Assembly: GCF_000981445.1 (NCBI RefSeq)
Contig: NC_027218.1
Span: 3,286,001 to 3,350,000, forward strand
Source of the DNA: Babesia bigemina
Lineage: Eukaryota
Direction of reading: 5' to 3'
Length of the DNA: 64,000 nucleotides
Position numbers and translations under genes: made by a program. Of the stretch, positions 1-11,600 are shown in pieces. The first letter of the stretch is position 1. Each line of letters begins with the position of its first letter. Below the pieces are notes generated by a model, which was not told the DNA's origin, made no database searches, and saw only the letters and a program-made list of their open reading frames with translations.

Positions 1-1
1 C

Positions 2-730
2 CTCCCCTACGACACGCAGATCGACCTTTGGAGTTTGGGGTGCGTGCTGTGCGAGATGTACATGCAGCGCATCTTGTTCCCCAGCGACAACAACGCAACG
101 TTGATGGCGTCGATGATAAGTCTCCTGGGTGTGCCGCCGGTTTACCTCCTGGAACACAAGATGAACAGCACATTCATGGTGCTGCCGAACGGCAACGTAG
201 CGGACTTGGGCGTGAGCTCCGACATCCTCAAAGGCCAGCAAAAGGCGATGCACTCCGATTATCAGTCGTCGTTGCAGTGCAACATCTCCGTGAGCAACTC
301 CTCTCGCGGCTCGGCTGTTGGAGCGCAGCTGGGTAGCAAGGCCGACATCAACATGCATGCCGACTACGACTCCATGATTGACCTGAACGAAAGCAACGAC
401 TCCAACGGATCCCCGGAGTACACGAACATAACGCCGCGGAAGTACTCCATAATGCAGGAAGCGGTGGTGTCGCGGCGCAGCGGCGTTGCCCGTCTGCACC
501 GGGTGAATAAGGGCATAAAACTAGACTTTGGGCACGGCCGATCCAAGGCGAAGTGCGTGCGTATTATCGAGCCTTCTAGGTGTTCAATCGATGAGATGCT
601 CAGCACATCAACTTCACCCGCGCTGGAAGCCTTCGGCGACTTCATCAAGGGGCTGTTGCAGTACGATCCGCTGGAGCGTCTGACAGCTTCCACCGCGCTT
701 TCGCACAGGTTTATAACCCAATTGCAGTAA
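2..730 (+). CDS. C-terminal part of a CMGC (DYRK/CLK-like) Ser/Thr protein kinase, 5' end outside window
   Basis: Frame from nt 2 reads LPYDTQIDLWSLGCVLCEMY (subdomain IX). After a long insert it reads FGDFIKGLLQYDPLERLTASTALSHRFI (subdomain XI). Confidence 0.85.
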   Translation, partial: LPYDTQIDLWSLGCVLCEMYMQRILFPSDNNATLMASMISLLGVPPVYLLEHKMNSTFMVLPNGNVADLGVSSDILKGQQKAMHSDYQSSLQCNISVSNSSRGSAVGAQLGSKADINMHADYDSMIDLNESNDSNGSPEYTNITPRKYSIMQEAVVSRRSGVARLHRVNKGIKLDFGHGRSKAKCVRIIEPSRCSIDEMLSTSTSPALEAFGDFIKGLLQYDPLERLTASTALSHRFITQLQ

Positions 731-851
731 CTAGCGTCTAATGCCTGTTTATGTGCTTGTTTGACCACCGTCGCGTTGGAAGGCGTCGCGGTACACACTG
801 CGTCGGCCGTCCCCGGTTAGTCCCATTGCCTAGAATGTGACCGACTTTTCG

Positions 852-2792
852 ATGGACAACCACCAGGCCACTGTCTACTTGCCTGCCGAAGACTATCGCA
901 GGGTTTGCGCGGGTGACGACAGCCGCCTGCTGGTAGGCTGGCACATCCCCGTTCTTCGGTCGACGGTGGCCATCTCCTCCTACCCATCGTGCCAGGTATT
1001 TGCCAGTAGCATGTGATCATATTGCATTTTCAGGAACGCTCCTTGCGCTGCGCGTTGCAGGAGCTGGCGGAGCTGCCGACGCTTCGCCACGAATTTTGTA
1101 GACACGGTAATTTGCGTATCCTGGACATATCCCTGACACGCGAACATGGCGGCATTTGTATGCAAAGGTGAGCCTATATCTGTTCTGTATGATGTGTGCC
1201 AGTTCGGACGGCAATCGCGAGCCTGTTCAAGTGGTCAAGTATGCCGTGGAGGACTTCGGCGTGGTGTCGTTCGCCGAGCTGCTCACCATCTGTGCCGCTA
1301 GGCAGGAACGTATAGATGCGCATGATGGTGGACTGCCGCGCCAGATGAGGCTGAGCAGCTACTTGATCACCGGATGTGCGCTGTTGGAATACCTGGATAC
1401 CCAGATGCATGCCAGGATTGCCGAGTCCGATGTGCCCAAGGGCTCCGGCGATCTGGCCGCATTCCCACCAGCCCACAGAAAACGGCATACTCGATGTGAA
1501 ATCGCAGTGAACGTTGTCTGCCAGTGGATGGTTCAGCTCGTGCTTTACATGTCCCTGTGCGCGCAGTGGGTGCTCTCCGCAGCATCCGTGGTCCGCTGCA
1601 AGCCCCTGCACAGAACCCTCAATCAGCTGACTATAGTGTCGGTGATATCGAAGCGCCTCACTCAGATGCAACAGTGGCAGGAGCGCTACCGTGAGCTCTA
1701 CCTGCAGGACGGTATGTGTCGCTATGGCGTATGGCAATGCTTTCAGACATCGTCGACTACCTCGACGCCCGACACAGCCTGCGCCAGAGCGCCTGGTCAG
1801 TCGTCACCGATGTGCTAGTGGGTGTTTTGCAAGTCCTGTTTTTCCGGAGAACCGTGGTGTACGCAGTGAACTATGTGCGTGCCGCGCTTCGGGAGGTGTA
1901 CGTATCGACTTTCAAGTACGTTTTTCCGGCGCGTAGTTTCCGCACAAATGCACAGGTATACGTCGTACCACTTCGCCATGCGCATCGGCAAATACTGCAA
2001 ACTAAACAATGAAGTTGCCGTCTTCGTGTCCAGGCTGCTCCTCAGCGTGCTCGTGGTGTGGCGCATAATCAAGCCGAGAATCCAGGCTCACTTCACCGTG
2101 CTCTCGAACATCTTCCAGTACTCCGCGTTGTTTGGCGTGACCTGCCACACCGCGGTGCTGGTGGACATCCTGACGATCGAGACGATGCACGTGGCGTATG
2201 CGCACTGCATCATGCTGTACCTCACCAAGTGGATGCAACGCTATCTGTACTCGCTGCTGCAGCTTTTCAAGTGGGTCTGTGCTATAAACGGATCATTGCG
2301 TGCAGGGGCAAGAAGTGGAACGTGCTGAAGCAATCGCTGGACTCTAACAACTACACGCGTGAGCAGCTGTTCCTGGGCACGGTGATATTCACGCTGCTTC
2401 TCCTGATTTACCCTACGATTTGGGTGTTCTATTGTGTGACGCTGCTGGTATATCTGCCAGTTTTCGTGGCGCGTGCGTTCATGAGGAGCGTCATCGAGGT
2501 GATGACCAAGTTCCCGTGGTACTTCCTCGCATACAACGCGCTTTTCCCGAGGCGCTACAAGGAGGGTGTATACTTCGTGGCGCACAATCACGACACTGAA
2601 GGTAGCAGCCACGCTGCGGCGGATGGCGCAGACTCGGATGCAGGACTGGATGGAGAGGGTCTGCAAGTTGCTCGGCCGGGGCTTCTGCTGGAGATGCGGT
2701 GCACGCCCTTTTCACCCCGCACCGTAGTCCAGCCCATGCTAAAGACGCTGAAATCGTGCTGCGGCAGCCTGAACTTTTGGAAATCGTCTTGA
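852..2792 (+). CDS. PIGQ: GPI-GlcNAc transferase subunit PIG-Q/GPI1 (multi-exon)
   Basis: Spliced product contains [40 protein letters not shown], the Gpi1 signature. ATG at 852, with about four short GT-AG introns (near 996, 1712, 1916, 2271). Confidence 0.8.
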
Positions 2793-2918
2793 TGCAGAAG
2801 GCGGCTCTTACAAGCGTCGCCTTCCGTGTGTGGCAACACGCCGCGGTCGGATGCTTCTGCGCGGCCGCAGCAGCACACATCCGACCTTCCACAGCTTAAA
2901 TTGTAGTTTCATACCGAA

Positions 2919-4386
2919 ATGTTGCGCATTCCGTATGCGGACGATCTGCACTGCCACCTTCGGCAAGGTGAGCTCATGTCGCTGGTGACGCGGCGTATAA
3001 GACAGGGCGGCTGGTGAGTCACGTTTGCGACAAATTCACGTTTCTAAGCGACCGCGTGCTGGTAATGCCGAACACCACGCCGCCGGTGACCACCTGCGCG
3101 CAGGCGGGGTCGTACCGGCAGCAGCTGCTCGCAATCGAGCCCCGCGTGGACTACCTCATGACGCTCTACCTGACGCACGACCTGTCGGCCGACGACCTGC
3201 GTATGAACGCGCGTCTGAACAACGTCCAGGGGGTAAGGTGGAATCCAGTGGCATAAATCCACTTCAGGTGAAATGCTACCCCGTGGGCACCACCACCAAC
3301 TCGCAGCACGGTTTCCGGGTAGGCGTGCTTCCCAGCGCCACACACTGCGCAGTCGCTGGAAGAGTTCTACCCCATCTTCTCCGTGATGGAGGAGCTCGGG
3401 CTCTCGCTGCACGTGCACGGCGAGCAGCCGGGATCCAGCCCACTGTCCGCCGAGGCGGAGTTCATCCCTCACGTCGAGCATGTACGTTCAGTGGCTTATA
3501 CCGAAATAATAGGCAAACGTGAAACATTGAGATGCGTTACATGCATTTTCAGGTGGCACGCTCCTTCCCTAGGCTGAAGGTTGTGGCTGAGCATGTGTCC
3601 ACCAAGGCGAGCCTTGATGCCGTGTCCCGTGTACCCAACCTCGCCGCCAGCGTGACTCCGCACCATCTGTTCCTGACTACGGACGACGTGCTGTCCGAGC
3701 TGGATGGAGTGACGCTGGATAACATCGCATCGCACATAAAAAATCCGCACCTCTACTGCAAACCGCTGGCCAAAAGCGCCGCCGACAGGGACGCCCTCCT
3801 ACAGGTCAGTAGTTATTCTAAGTTACATGGTTCCAGTGAGGTGGCCGAGTGCCCGTGCGCTCCGTAAAAGTCTTGTTGAGGCTGCGCCCGCCATTATACG
3901 CGGCGAATTGCGCTCAAGCTTCCGCAAACGTGATTGTTGAATGCCTACACCGCAACTAGATGGCAGTTTTGTATGCGTGCGCAGGCAGTCAAGTCGAGGA
4001 GCGCCAAGATATTCCTAGGTTCGGACTCCGCGCCGCATACTCTGTGAGTAACTTCATCGACCCCCGATTGCACTCGTACGCAGCGCTGCCAAGTCGTCCG
4101 CGAACCCGCCCGCGGGCATTTACACGCAACCCTTCCTCATGAACGTGGGTGGAGTCACGGCACTCTTACTTTTGTGCAGTATGTCGCCACAATCTTCAAG
4201 CAGCTGGATCGCCTGGATTTTCTCGAGGCCTTCGCGTGCCGCAACGGCGCTGCGTTCCTTGGTTTGCCCCAGAAAGAGCTGAACTGCTTTGAGCTCGGCG
4301 ATGACACCTTCACGGTACCCCCTACCGTGGACGATATTTTGGTGCCCTTCTTGTCGGGCCACGAATTGCTAAAGATAAAATCCTAG
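2919..4386 (+). CDS. pyrC: Dihydroorotase (type II, pyrimidine biosynthesis), multi-exon
   Basis: Motifs DDLHCHLRQG, VMPN, VKCYP, LHVHGE, VVAEHVST, TPHHL, YCKPLAK and FLGSDSAPH are recovered after removing about seven introns. Confidence 0.92.
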
Positions 4387-4389
4387 TCA

Positions 4390-7300
4390 TTAGTTCCTCA
4401 TGATAAAGGTCTGCGATACATCCAAGTTCTCACCTCCCCTGAGCATGTTGATGTATTCGTAGAAGGCAAACACCGAAGTGTCATCCGTGAAGTCCTGCAC
4501 GTAGTAGAAGGTTGACGCGAGGTGCGAGGCGAACATGGACCGCATGTAGCGTTCGGGCAGCCTCTTCATGATCTCCTCGATGGACAGCAGCTTTTGCAGC
4601 GACAGCGGGATCGCCCTGGCAAGGACGGACTTGACCAGCGTGAGGTCGGCCCACAGCGAGTTGGCGTCCATGATGTCCTTCTTCAGCCGGATGATCTTGC
4701 TCGACAGGATATCCGTGAGGTCGCACCTAGGCTTGCCAGTGCGTAGCCCCTCGTTCCACAGGGCGTGGAATTCCATGCGTGCGTTGCGTTTGATGATGTC
4801 CAGAATCTCATTAATGTAGTTCTTCCTGAACTCCGGGCACTCCCCGCCCTTCTTCACGGTCATGGTCTCATCGAAGGTAACGTCGTCAAGCACTAACGCA
4901 GCCAGCACCTCGAAACTGCTGCTGGTGACACCTCCCTTGTTGGTGGACGCGTCCTTGAAGAGGATGACGCCCTTGCTCTCCAGGATACGACGAGCGTCCT
5001 GAGTGATGAACACGTTGGCACCCTCCACGACGAACTTGTATATGCACTTGCCCTTCTCGTCAAATAAGCTGTTAACGTTGAAGGGGGTGATGGATGACGG
5101 CCGGCCTCCGCAGGGGTTGAACAGGTCACACGAGCACCCTCCGAGGTGGAACTCATCCCTGAATTTGTAACCCCGCTTCACGTTCCTTCCATCTGGAAGC
5201 ACGATATCCACGGCCTCCTCGGCCACCTTGAAGCCCCTTTTAGAAAGCAGGTCAGAGTTGTAGAGCATGCAGCAGGTGTTCTCTCCCTTGAGCCTCAACG
5301 AAGCCAGCCTTCGCAGCTCGTTGACGTCAAGCCCCTCCGGATCGTACAGCACACCGCTGCGGTCGACGATTGCCAAGGTTTTAGTCTTGGAGCACAGCAG
5401 CGCGTTGCTTCCCAGGTCACCGTCGGGACCACCAGTGAGGAACCTGGTCACATCCTCCTCCTTCACGTTGCACTTGTCCAACAGCTCGTGGATGTACGCC
5501 TCGATACTGGCGGTGGTCATGCCGAACACGTCGTGAGGAATGCCTCCCATCCCAGGTTCCTTACCGGTAGTGAAGGACCTCCAGAACTGGAACCCACGGA
5601 GCCTAGCGTGGTTGGCCGCCCAGTCCATAAGACGTCCTGTTCCGGTGTGCTCGTCGGGGCCAAGGAAGTAGATTTCCTCCTTCTTCAGCCTGTCCACCAT
5701 TTGCTCGTTGGGCATCATAACGTCGATGAGTCCGTCGACGTAGCACATGAAGCTGCTCCTGGTGTACACGGCTGCCATCTCCTTGCTTGCCGCCTTGTCG
5801 AGCAAGATCACACCCTTGCTTCCACCCTCCGGTATGTCCTTGTTTTTCAGACTCTGCGTGTACGACAGGTTGTAAGCCTCGTCGAAGACCTGAAGCTTGT
5901 TCCTAGTGAAGGCTTCCTGCGAGAACGATTGCACAACCCTAATTCCTCCACGCGAGATCTCGCTGAACCTGATGTGGAACCCCCTGAAGTAAGGTCCCAA
6001 TATCATGACGATTCCGTAAGGGCTTTGCGGGTAGTCGTTCTTCGAGAGGAACGAGGGGTCGAACCTGAAGCTGAGGCTAAGCTTCTCCTGCATGAAGAAG
6101 TTGGTGCGCAGAGTGCAGGCGTTGAAGGTGAGGAAGAACGACAGTATTTTGGCGTGTTCCTGGTCATCCAAGGTTTTGATCATCTCCCTCAACCTCGGTG
6201 TCTCCGGGTCATCGTTGGTGCCACTTGGGTTCAGCGCGGGGTCGTGCAACTTGCGGAAGTTCTGGTACAGCATCTTCAGGATACCCTCATTGGCCCGCAC
6301 CGCGTCGAATATTTGGTGAGGCAGGTACGGCGGGATCATAAGCTTCGAACGGATGTCGTACAGTTCCGAGGGCGTTATCTGCTCCCTCGTCATGAGCCTT
6401 TCGATGAGTGAGATGTGCGGTCCCACGCTGCCACTGAAGTGCTCGATGAAGATCGAGGCGCAGAAAGCGTATGCCATCTCAGCCACATCCAAGAGCCGCT
6501 CGTTGAGTATGGACAGGTAGTGCGTGTGCGGCATAACCCCGCACAGCCTGATCGCCGTCACGATGGCATGCGCCCTGTCCTCCAAGGTCATGTCGGGGTT
6601 AGCGATCTCCGTGGATGGCAGCGTCGTGATGAACGCAGTGATGATGCAGACGTTGTTCGACAAGGGGTCGATGTACTTGGACTTCGAGTAGCAGCCATAG
6701 TAGGTAATGCAGTCGCCAACCCTGGAGTAGAAGTCGCTCTGGATGTGCTCACGCTTGAAGGCTACGTCAATACGGTACGTGTTGAATTGCCTCGGTTCAG
6801 CTGATATTGCAATACCCAAACCCGTGTCTGACTCCACCAGTTGCTTGTTGAGCTTGCAGAAAATATCCTCAGTGATGGTGTTCTTTTTGTTCTTGTAGAA
6901 GTCCCTGTCCAACAGTTTGCTAAGCCTCAACTCGCCCGGTTCAGGGTCCGTGACTGCGAAATTTGGCAGTTGCAAGAAGTATATCCGCAGCCTTTCGAAC
7001 AGATTGTCCGGGTCATCGAAGATGGAGTTGGTCGACCTGAAGCACTGCATCCTCCATATGGGTTTAGTCATGTCACCGAAGTTCAAATAACGCTTCTCGA
7101 CGCTGCGCTCGACCGCGTAACTCTGGTATATCTTCTGGTTGAGCAGTGACGCCCTGGTGATGATGAACACGCGGCCATCGTGTACCTGCTCGATGAGCGG
7201 GAAGTAGTCGGATCCTGAGTTTTCGTGCAGGATTTTGGCCGTCAGGACCGACACCATGTTGTTGGCGATCATCTTCGAGTTGGAAGTGCTGAAGTAGTAC

Positions 7301-7512
7301 TCGTTGAGCCCCAGACGGTTGTAGTACTGGTCCATGGTCTGGTTGATCATGTCGTCACTAAAGGTCTTCAACTGCTTCACAATCTCGTAAACCTCCTTGA
7401 ACTGGTTCGCGTATCGATCGCTGAGCGGCGCATCGTTTCGCTCGTCGCTCTCCGGCACTCGTGAGAGGCCATCATCGTGCAGGTAGTTGTCGAGCGTATC
7501 GTCAATCGTCAT
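4390..7512 (-). CDS. Large NAD-specific glutamate dehydrogenase
   Basis: Intronless 1040-aa ORF with GFHIRFSEISRGGIR, KNKDIPEGGSKGVI, FLGPDEHT, GGPDGDLGSN, VVEGANVF and NKGGVTSSSFEV. Confidence 0.93.
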   Translation of the reverse strand: MTIDDTLDNYLHDDGLSRVPESDERNDAPLSDRYANQFKEVYEIVKQLKTFSDDMINQTMDQYYNRLGLNEYYFSTSNSKMIANNMVSVLTAKILHENSGSDYFPLIEQVHDGRVFIITRASLLNQKIYQSYAVERSVEKRYLNFGDMTKPIWRMQCFRSTNSIFDDPDNLFERLRIYFLQLPNFAVTDPEPGELRLSKLLDRDFYKNKKNTITEDIFCKLNKQLVESDTGLGIAISAEPRQFNTYRIDVAFKREHIQSDFYSRVGDCITYYGCYSKSKYIDPLSNNVCIITAFITTLPSTEIANPDMTLEDRAHAIVTAIRLCGVMPHTHYLSILNERLLDVAEMAYAFCASIFIEHFSGSVGPHISLIERLMTREQITPSELYDIRSKLMIPPYLPHQIFDAVRANEGILKMLYQNFRKLHDPALNPSGTNDDPETPRLREMIKTLDDQEHAKILSFFLTFNACTLRTNFFMQEKLSLSFRFDPSFLSKNDYPQSPYGIVMILGPYFRGFHIRFSEISRGGIRVVQSFSQEAFTRNKLQVFDEAYNLSYTQSLKNKDIPEGGSKGVILLDKAASKEMAAVYTRSSFMCYVDGLIDVMMPNEQMVDRLKKEEIYFLGPDEHTGTGRLMDWAANHARLRGFQFWRSFTTGKEPGMGGIPHDVFGMTTASIEAYIHELLDKCNVKEEDVTRFLTGGPDGDLGSNALLCSKTKTLAIVDRSGVLYDPEGLDVNELRRLASLRLKGENTCCMLYNSDLLSKRGFKVAEEAVDIVLPDGRNVKRGYKFRDEFHLGGCSCDLFNPCGGRPSSITPFNVNSLFDEKGKCIYKFVVEGANVFITQDARRILESKGVILFKDASTNKGGVTSSSFEVLAALVLDDVTFDETMTVKKGGECPEFRKNYINEILDIIKRNARMEFHALWNEGLRTGKPRCDLTDILSSKIIRLKKDIMDANSLWADLTLVKSVLARAIPLSLQKLLSIEEIMKRLPERYMRSMFASHLASTFYYVQDFTDDTSVFAFYEYINMLRGGENLDVSQTFIMRN

Positions 7513-8615
7513 GGTTGTCGTTGGCGTGTTAATGCCGATTGACCGCCCGGTTACATATAAGGTGTGCTAACGCATTTCACGTCAGCCGATAAAATTACGG
7601 CGCCCGTAATGAGAACTAGTTCAGAGTGCTGGCGTTCGCGTCTGCGGCGCCGGCCATCCGCCACTGTCTCTTCGCCCCCATTGTTGTCCCTAGCTACACA
7701 TTAAGGCAATTATGCGGCAGCACTACCGCACATATATTTACCAGAGCCGCTTTGTCAGCGCCGGTAGTTTTATATACGTAGAAGGTCGACTAATGAGTCT
7801 TGTGTGTGATCCCGGTTTGGCCGCATTAACGCGGCGTATGTCGTGATAGGTCATTCTGCGGGGCTATTCTTCAGCGTTGTTTGCGGGGCACGCTTCGGAA
7901 TATATAGGCGACGGTAGTTCTACTGGCGGGGCGAGCATCTCAACTCCGCGAGTTGAGCGGAGTTTCTGCGCGTACCCGTTATTTGCGGCAACATGAACAC
8001 ATCTGGCCTAGCAGACTTCCTCTACACACATAATACCGGTTGTAAGTCACGCGGTACCCGCTTATGAAATCCTATTTGTGACCATCGGTTTGGCGTTGAA
8101 GCGCCTGGAGTCACGTTCGCGGCGATTCGTCGGTGGAATTTGAGCGGCACACTACGATACCACACCCATAGAACAGCAATGGCACCAAAATCGCCAGTTC
8201 ACGCGACCTACGGCGGACTTTGTTAGTTCTGAATTGACCTTCCACCATCACACTTGCCACCACCGGCTGCGGACGTCCTGTGGCAGTGAGCGACTTGTCT
8301 GGACGGTGTACGCGGCACAAGCCGTTTGTAAATGCTCGGTGTTACACCAGCTGCGGTGGAGTGTGAGGGAGCGTTTTGAGCTCTCCTTGGCGCGCGTGTT
8401 GACGCAGGGCCGGCGTCGCTCCTGGCTGTCGCGTTGACCCCTGTTGTAGGTGTGTCGACCGAAGGCGCCCTAATCAATGCGCCTGCCTTTGTCACTTGGT
8501 GCTATATAGGCACTTGAATCAAACGTGTTTGTCTGGGCGGCCTGTGATGCGGTCCGGCGCCTGTGAGTCTCGTCTCTGATTTCGCTGAAGTTCGGGTACG
8601 GATATAGCGCTCGCC

Positions 8616-11600
8616 ATGGATTCGCTGCCCAGTCACCTTACGTCGGTTCCGCTGCCGTGCGCGGCCGTGTCTGCGTACAGCGATGGTCATTCAAAGCTGC
8701 GAGACTTCATCGTGACTGCGGGCCGCGCTGCGACCAGCAACAACAGGGATCGCATGAAAGTAGACCTTTACGACGGGTCCAAGATCATCCATGACGACAC
8801 CGATGGCGCTCAGCACTGGGAACTTGAGATCCCGGAAGACGCCGACTGGGTGTTGCTACAGCGGAGCCTGCCCCCGTGTATCGTTTGCGTGCGGGACTGG
8901 CAGAACTACGTGGTCGACGCGTCGTGGTCAGCGGGCAACGCGGATGACGGCGCCGCGTCCCAAGATGATGCCAAAACATCGTCTCAATCAGACCCTGCTG
9001 AAGATGACAGTTTCGACGCGAAGCCTGCGAACGAGTCGCTTTTGATACGCGGTGACATGAAGCAGTTGTCAGACATTATAAAGTCCGATGTCGAGCGCAC
9101 GTTGAACGCCTACCGTAAGAACGTGCTGGGCCGCAAGCCCGTGGCGGGCAGGATCATGTTCCTGATCCTGCTGCGTAAGGGCACCAAGAACCCGCACAAG
9201 GCAGTCAACAGTCTCAAGAACCTAAATGCCAACGAAGTGGCGGCGGTTTGCGTGACGTGTGGCGAGGCGGATATTGCGAGCAAGCTCTCCAAGTTGGAGC
9301 AGCTCATGTATGAAGTCAGCTTGGCCTACTACGAACGCAGGGCCCACCTGCTCGCCAAGGCGCTGTCGAAGGTGAAGCCCAGCGCGGGTCCGACGGTCGA
9401 CGAGACGTCCGAGATAAACGCGGCCATGGCATACTTCAAGCTGGCATACTTCCACCAGTTCGTCGCCAACTTCAAGGAAAGCGTGCACGCGTTGGGTCAG
9501 GCGTGGTCGCACGTCATCCCGGCGGTGATGTGCCGGCCTTGCGAGGAGTACGCCAGTGTGGCGCTGTACATCGCGCTGCAGATGGTGGGCGCGCGATTCG
9601 CGTGCTCCAACATCGTGGAGGCGCTCACATTCGCCTTTGAGGCTGCTGCCTTCTTCAAGCGGTTCTTCTACTCCGATGGGCTGCTGCCCTTGTACCACAA
9701 CCTGTGCTACCTGCTGCACCACTCCGTAGCGGTGCACCTGGACAAGGCGAATCAGTACAAGGAGCTGAAGGCGAACAGCCACATTCGACAGCACGCGGCC
9801 AACTTCTACAAGTGGTCGCTGCGGCACCTGATGCAGATGCGTATCACCCTGATGTCCCAGACCGACGTCACGGAATTCCCGAGGAAGTTCGGATCGTTGT
9901 TTTTCAGGGACGACGAGGATTTCGGCTACTTGTACGAGGGCGCTGCAGCTGAGCGGCATGGCCAGAGCAAAGAGCGCCGTGTGCGATACCTGGAGTCGGT
10001 GACGGAAGGCATCCTGGTGAAGCTGATGGACATGCTGTCCACCTGCAGCTGGTACCAGACCTTGTTAGAGGTGACGGATATCTTGGGTGATTCTCTGTTC
10101 CTTTCGTTTAAGTTGAGGGAGGCCTTCTTCATTTACGCCAACATCGCTGAGTCACTGGTCAACCCAACGCCTCTGGACACTGATTACCTGCTGAAGAGCT
10201 GTTCGTCCTCCGTCATCTCCGAAGCGCTGAAGGTGAGCACCACGGCTCGTTCAGCTCAGCGGACGGACTCTAACGCGGGCCAGGATATGCTCAGCCTCCA
10301 GCCGAATTTCCTGAAGACGTCAACCACGATGCTGTTGGCTGAGCACGCCCACTCGAAGGTCTGGTGGTCGCTTTACGAGCTCGTGCTGTCGAAAATGATG
10401 GTGACGTTGAACCTTTTGTTAGGCCAACCCTTGGAGCTGCCGCAGTCCGTGATGAAGGCCGCTAACCTCCCGACGAGCATCTACGAAGAGCCTTTGCGGA
10501 GCAAGTTCGAGCTTGAAAACAGCCCCAGGCTGGACATCGATATGTTGACCGGCAGCGCTCGGCGGGAGTACTCGTTGATCCTCCTGAAGTCGATGCTGAC
10601 GCTGCATTCCGTCAAGGGAACCCCCTTCGACTTTGAACCCACGTGCAATTGGCTGCTGTCGCGCCTTTCACCGAGGCACGACTTTTTGAGCTCCATCCTG
10701 CTGAGCAAGCACCACCAAGCGCAGTACATGCTCGGCCGCGCCGAGATCTGCGACGACACCATCATGACCACCCTGCAGATTCTGGTCAGCTTCCATGTCG
10801 ACCTCCCCTTCGGCGTGGAGGTGTCAAACGTGACCATATGCACGTCCATCGGCACGTTTGCCTTCGACATTTCCGAGGTGCTGTGCATCAACGACCGTGT
10901 GGAAATATACACCACCCCGTGCGCAGGGGAGCACACCACGGACGCCTCGGGGGTCAAACGCGAGGACTCGCTGAGCAGTGAGGGCGTATCTGGTGGTCGC
11001 GCCGAGAGCAGTTCCGAGGACAGCGGAGCCAGTGATGGCGACCAATCTGCACGCATCGGCGAGAAGCAACCTGAGGTGGTAAGCGACGCGACAAGGCCAG
11101 CAGCAGTAAGTAAAACGGCGGTCCTCAGAGGCGATAGCCATGTGCTGCTCGCCATAACATGCCCCGCCATCAACAACAAGTTCATGGTGGACAACTTCGT
11201 GTTGTTGGGCGTGAACCTGCTCTGGGTTAAGGATATGGCTGACGGCACGTCGGTCAACATATCGTGCGTCATGCCGTGCCTCACGTTACGGTTGGCTCAC
11301 GGTATCCCCGGCATAGGGGACACTATGTTCACAGCGGACCCACGCCACGGCGTCTTCCGCATTTTCGATGATGTGGCCGCCGTCGGAGCCGTGAGCGCGT
11401 CGCTCAAATCGGAGGAGCTGCTGGATACTATCGCAGTGAACCCGAAGCGCGCGGACAGCTGTGGCATCGTAGTGGACACGCTGGTGGAGCTGACGAGTGT
11501 GAGCCAGTGCCTGCTCGACTTCGATGAGCTGGTTGACTCGCACTCTTCGGCGTCAATGCCGCACGCCCGCGGCGCGTACCGGATGTTCGTAAATCGCATA

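Noticed and set aside
3836..3850. GAGGTGGCCGAGTG resembling a tRNA-Ser/Leu 5' end
   Set aside because: No downstream T-loop or cloverleaf.
5146..6411. 421-aa antisense ORF in GDH (and similar shadows, e.g. 53233-54141 in importin alpha)
   Set aside because: Shadow ORFs from high GC3 codon usage of well-supported opposite-strand genes.
7939..7957. 8-bp inverted repeat CTCAACTC-cgc-GAGTTGAG in the GDH/TRAPPC11 divergent spacer
   Set aside because: Isolated short hairpin with no other support; bacterial terminator logic does not apply here.
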